A program made the translations under genes and the position numbers. The notes below the pieces were generated by a model. The model was not told the origin of the DNA. It did not search any database and saw only the letters and a program-made list of their open reading frames with translations. From positions 310,001 to 374,000 of the forward strand of contig JBLDXI010000046.1 in NCBI GenBank assembly GCA_047495785.1: DNA of 64,000 bases, read 5' to 3'. This DNA comes from Lepidodermella squamata. Its lineage: Eukaryota; Animalia; Gastrotricha. Each line of letters begins with the position of its first letter. Position 1 is the first letter of the stretch. Below are positions 60,575 to 64,000 of this stretch, one piece after another.

Positions 60575-63500
60575 CTAGATACGCTCGCATAGACCGGCTA
60601 GATTCCCACTGCAATACATTCGACCTATCTTCCCTTGATCAATGGAAACGCCTGAAAGCGAACTCATTCAAATTCCAATTATTTATTATTTATTGTTAAC
60701 ACTTACAGTGCACGAACTGGTTGGGCGGATCGTCAGGCGAAAAGTCGATAAGTGAGTTGTTGAACGGCTCGCCCGTAATCCAGGAATACTCAGCCAGATT
60801 AACACGTTGAGCACCGATCCACGCTCGATAGACAGTACCAACTAAGGCCTTTGCTGCTTCGAAGGTCGCGTTATCTCGGATTATGGCCAGAGTTTTGTTG
60901 AGGCTCGCACACTCAGCTGCCTGGACGGTTTGGTTTCTCGACGTAGTGATCAGCTGGAGGTCGGATAAGGCCTGGAATATTACTTATAGTTAACATATGT
61001 TACTGTTCAACTTGAAAATTCTACTCACCGCGCCAGAACAAAGAACAGCGTTGCTGGAACCACATCGGCCATCTATGAAGCCTTCTGAATACATGCGCAA
61101 ACCTATTCACAAAGAGACAAAAAAACAAAAAAGATAATTCCATTTTTTATTTTTCAGGCCCAGTGTATTCCGTCAAAAAACGGCAGGGTAACAGGTTGGC
61201 AGGAAAGCTTGAAGGAATTCAAGAAGCTGCCGAATAGCTGTATTTCTGTAAAATTGAAAACCCGATGAAAAAGCACACAGAATTTGTTCTCGCACCTAAA
61301 AACCTCTGAAACCCAGTTCCTACCCAGCTGCTGGCTAGCCAAAACGGCCAGAAAAAAAGCTGCTCATCCGTTTAATTATTTGTTCACTTTCCTTGGCTAC
61401 CATTCTCAGCATACCGTAATCCGGTACAACTTTGAACAGGTACAAGTTTGAACATTTCACGCAAATCAGCTTTTCTCTGAAACCATGGGGATCTACCGCT
61501 TGGGAATTTTACTGAATATAGGTCTCGTTGAGGTCTAATAGTTTGCCAAGTTTCATCAACACAGCCCCTACGGTCTCTTCCTTAAAAATTCCCGAAAAAA
61601 CAACGTTTTTGGTCTACTTTGAAGTTTGAAGTGTTGTCCTGCGATAACCGTAGCAGATATCCGCGAGGTCCAACTTGGCGAATTCAAGCTTATACTTTTC
61701 TGAAGAAGTAGCCAAAAAGGCACGCCCTTCTATAGAGTGGTTTTCGCGTGGCATGCACTCGAAGTTGCAAGGGTAGCCGGTACAACTTTGAACACTCGAA
61801 AGTACAACTTTGAACACCATGGAAATTCATTATTTTCACCTCAAGGAGAATGTTTCAAGTTTTTTATAGACTTCGCTCGCATTTACTGAACTCCACTATG
61901 CTCCATTGAGAACGTAGTGATCAGAAAAAAGACTTCTTATCTCGTAATGGCAACAAATTAATTTTAAATACCGAGCAAAAAGTCCACCATAAAAATGTTG
62001 ACAGCTTATTTTTTCGAATTTCACGCACTCCGTTCTCTATGAAGGTGAAAATCGCAAATTTCACGCGAAATTCTCTGCGCACGGATAAAGGTGGATTTTT
62101 TATTACACGAAATCTTGGTGTTCAAAGTTGTACTCCGCTGTTCAAAGTTGTACTTTTGGGGTACCCCTTGCCAAATCCTTACGCTTGCGAATTTCCGAGA
62201 ATAAAAAATATCAGGATGCTACGCAAGGCGGCCCCTATCGAACTACGTTGAAAACCCGACCAAAATCGCATCTGTTGAACTTACACAGCACATTTAAATT
62301 TGCATGGACGTATGTGTTCAAAGTTGTACCGGATTACGGATTACGGTATAACCAAATAAACAGAAAAGTTACTGTAGCAGAAAAACAACTTACAGGAGCC
62401 AGTGCTAACCGGGTTATAGAGTCCCCAAAATGGCGAGTTCATGTCAACAAGACTCATATCGTCCTCCCATCTGAAGCTCGCGACGAGGCCGATGAAAGCC
62501 TTAGTCGTGCCTAAAACTTGATTAGCGGCGTCTAGATCAGCCTGAGTTTTGATCGTTGCCAGTTGTCCGCCTTCGCTTCGACAAGCCAGTACTTTAGAAC
62601 GGAAGGATGCAGAATCGACGGACAGAAAGTAACGGTTCAAGTCACGCAGACATGCCGCGTAATTGTCAGCAAATTTCGTCGAGTTTGAGTAGGTTTTCAC
62701 CTGCATTTTAAACAAAAATGTATGACAATATCCTGAAACGGAAGATCGTGAAAAGAAATGTACCGACAATTTTAAAAATTTTGAAATTATGAGACACGTT
62801 GTACATCCAACTTACAATTGTTGCTCCGTTCGGGCAGAGGTTGTAACATTTCTTGCCGTTTGAAGTGTCGCACTGAACAGCATTCTGAAAAATTAAAATT
62901 GGACATTTTAGTATTTCAATTCAAGCTTTCTTACCCATGATAAGCACGTAGCTCTGTTTCTGTAGATGCCCGTGGAAAATTCTTCGGTTTCATTAGCTAG
63001 GCAGCGGGTTCTGTTCAGTCGACAACCGGTAAATTCCCGAGTAGCAGGGTTGAAGCATCGGATGTGAGGTTTTACAGAGTCGGCAAGATCACCTGGGAAG
63101 AAGCACAACCAAGAAAATTCGGAATTAAAATTCTTGAAAAAATGCATCACTCACTGTTGACATTACCCAGGCATGCGTCCAAGTTTGCCAATCCCGTCAA
63201 TTTTTTTGTCTAATTTGAAACATATATTTTGATCAAATAGTTAATTTTTTGTCCTGTTACCGTATTGACTGGACATGAAAACGAACTCGGCACGCAGCTA
63301 ACAAACTTCTGGCTGGGATCAACGCATGAATCGACTTTGAGGTTCTATGAGAAGTTCATGTAAATAGATGAAATAAAATTGATGGATGTTTTCACCGTTA
63401 GTGAGTTGAGGTCATTCGCGCAAGCCACCAAGTTTGTCTTGAATGGATATGCGCCATTGTAAGAACCGCCAACCTAGATAACATATTAACAAAGTAAAAA

Positions 63501-63973
63501 GTTACAAGTCAGTACGAAAAAAGTACTATTTTAAAATCTAAAAATTAGAAAAAAAATAATTCTGTAAAATAAGTAGTACCATTTTCCAAATTCTTAGCAA
63601 TTTCAACCCGCAATTTCAATCAAAAACAAACATTGTGACCATAAAATTCCCACCATGATTTCGGTAAATTTTCCACATCCAGGATTGCCAGGTCGGCAGG
63701 TTGCTGCATTAGTTGAAAAGCCATAGCACAATCTAGCAGTCTGCGGGTGGAAAAAGGAAATCCAAGATCGAAAAATTTATACCCTTCTACTTTGGACTAT
63801 CCATGTGTGTTCAAAATTACCTGATATTCGCGCAAGAGAGAACAACCGCTGGGTAGCTAGCGGCAATCAGTGAATCGGTCGTCGAACTGCGAGAAGCAAC
63901 GAGCCCACTGTCCACATAGTACAAGCTGGCTAGCAGCAAAGATCGCGGCCAATATTTCGAGTATTAATTTCAT
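60575..63973 (-). pseudogene. 4-Cys repeats + two C-type lectin-like domains, copy C (nonsense codon in exon 1; exon 2 deleted)
   Basis: ATG at 63973; TAG at 63859-63857 where A and B have GAA; the 42-nt exon 2 is absent; the remaining exons are collinear with copy A. Confidence 0.8.
61414..62346. mobile_element. Non-autonomous DNA transposon (pogo/Tc1-like) in an intron of copy C
   Basis: TIR ccgtaatccggtacaactttgaaca / tgttcaaagttgtaccggattacgg, TA flanks, internal tacaactttgaaca repeats in both orientations; absent from the short equivalent intron of copy A. Confidence 0.85.
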
Positions 63974-64000
63974 TTGTTTACGATAACTAAAACCGTGAAA

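Noticed and set aside
61414-62346. Spaced tacaactttgaaca repeats resembling a CRISPR array
   Set aside because: Irregular spacing, both orientations, bounded by TIRs and TA; these are transposon subterminal repeats in a eukaryotic intron.

Overview
This is eukaryotic (invertebrate animal-like) AT-rich genomic DNA with mostly 50-70 nt GT-AG introns, so the ORF track shows only exon fragments; gene models here were rebuilt by hand from splice sites and paralogue comparison. The window is a fast-evolving birth-and-death cluster of mostly secreted or cell-surface gene families. (1) A tandem family of ~100-aa secreted PAN/apple-like proteins (3 intact, 3 decayed) has a conserved promoter, signal peptide and intron but a hypervariable mature region; it sits head-to-head with a disrupted class C (GABA-B-like) GPCR. 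(2) Six RDH11-14-like short-chain dehydrogenases plus a fragment. (3) Six secreted LamG/ConA-like + 4xEGF genes plus a remnant, with a hypervariable jelly-roll patch and a conserved 9-nt microexon; four end in an intact CPxxGC tail. (4) Three copies of a gene built from an unrecognised four-cysteine repeat, two of them with two C-type lectin-like domains. (5) A GT15 (Kre2-like) mannosyltransferase with an intronless CDS, and a GT6 (ABO-family) glycosyltransferase with altered catalytic motifs. (6) An ankyrin-repeat protein with an apparent signal peptide. The rest is non-autonomous DNA transposons, LINE fragments, decayed tRNA pieces and a (TTCCT)48 tract. No CRISPR array, rRNA or intact transposase was seen. 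Domain calls rest on motif recognition, not database searches.
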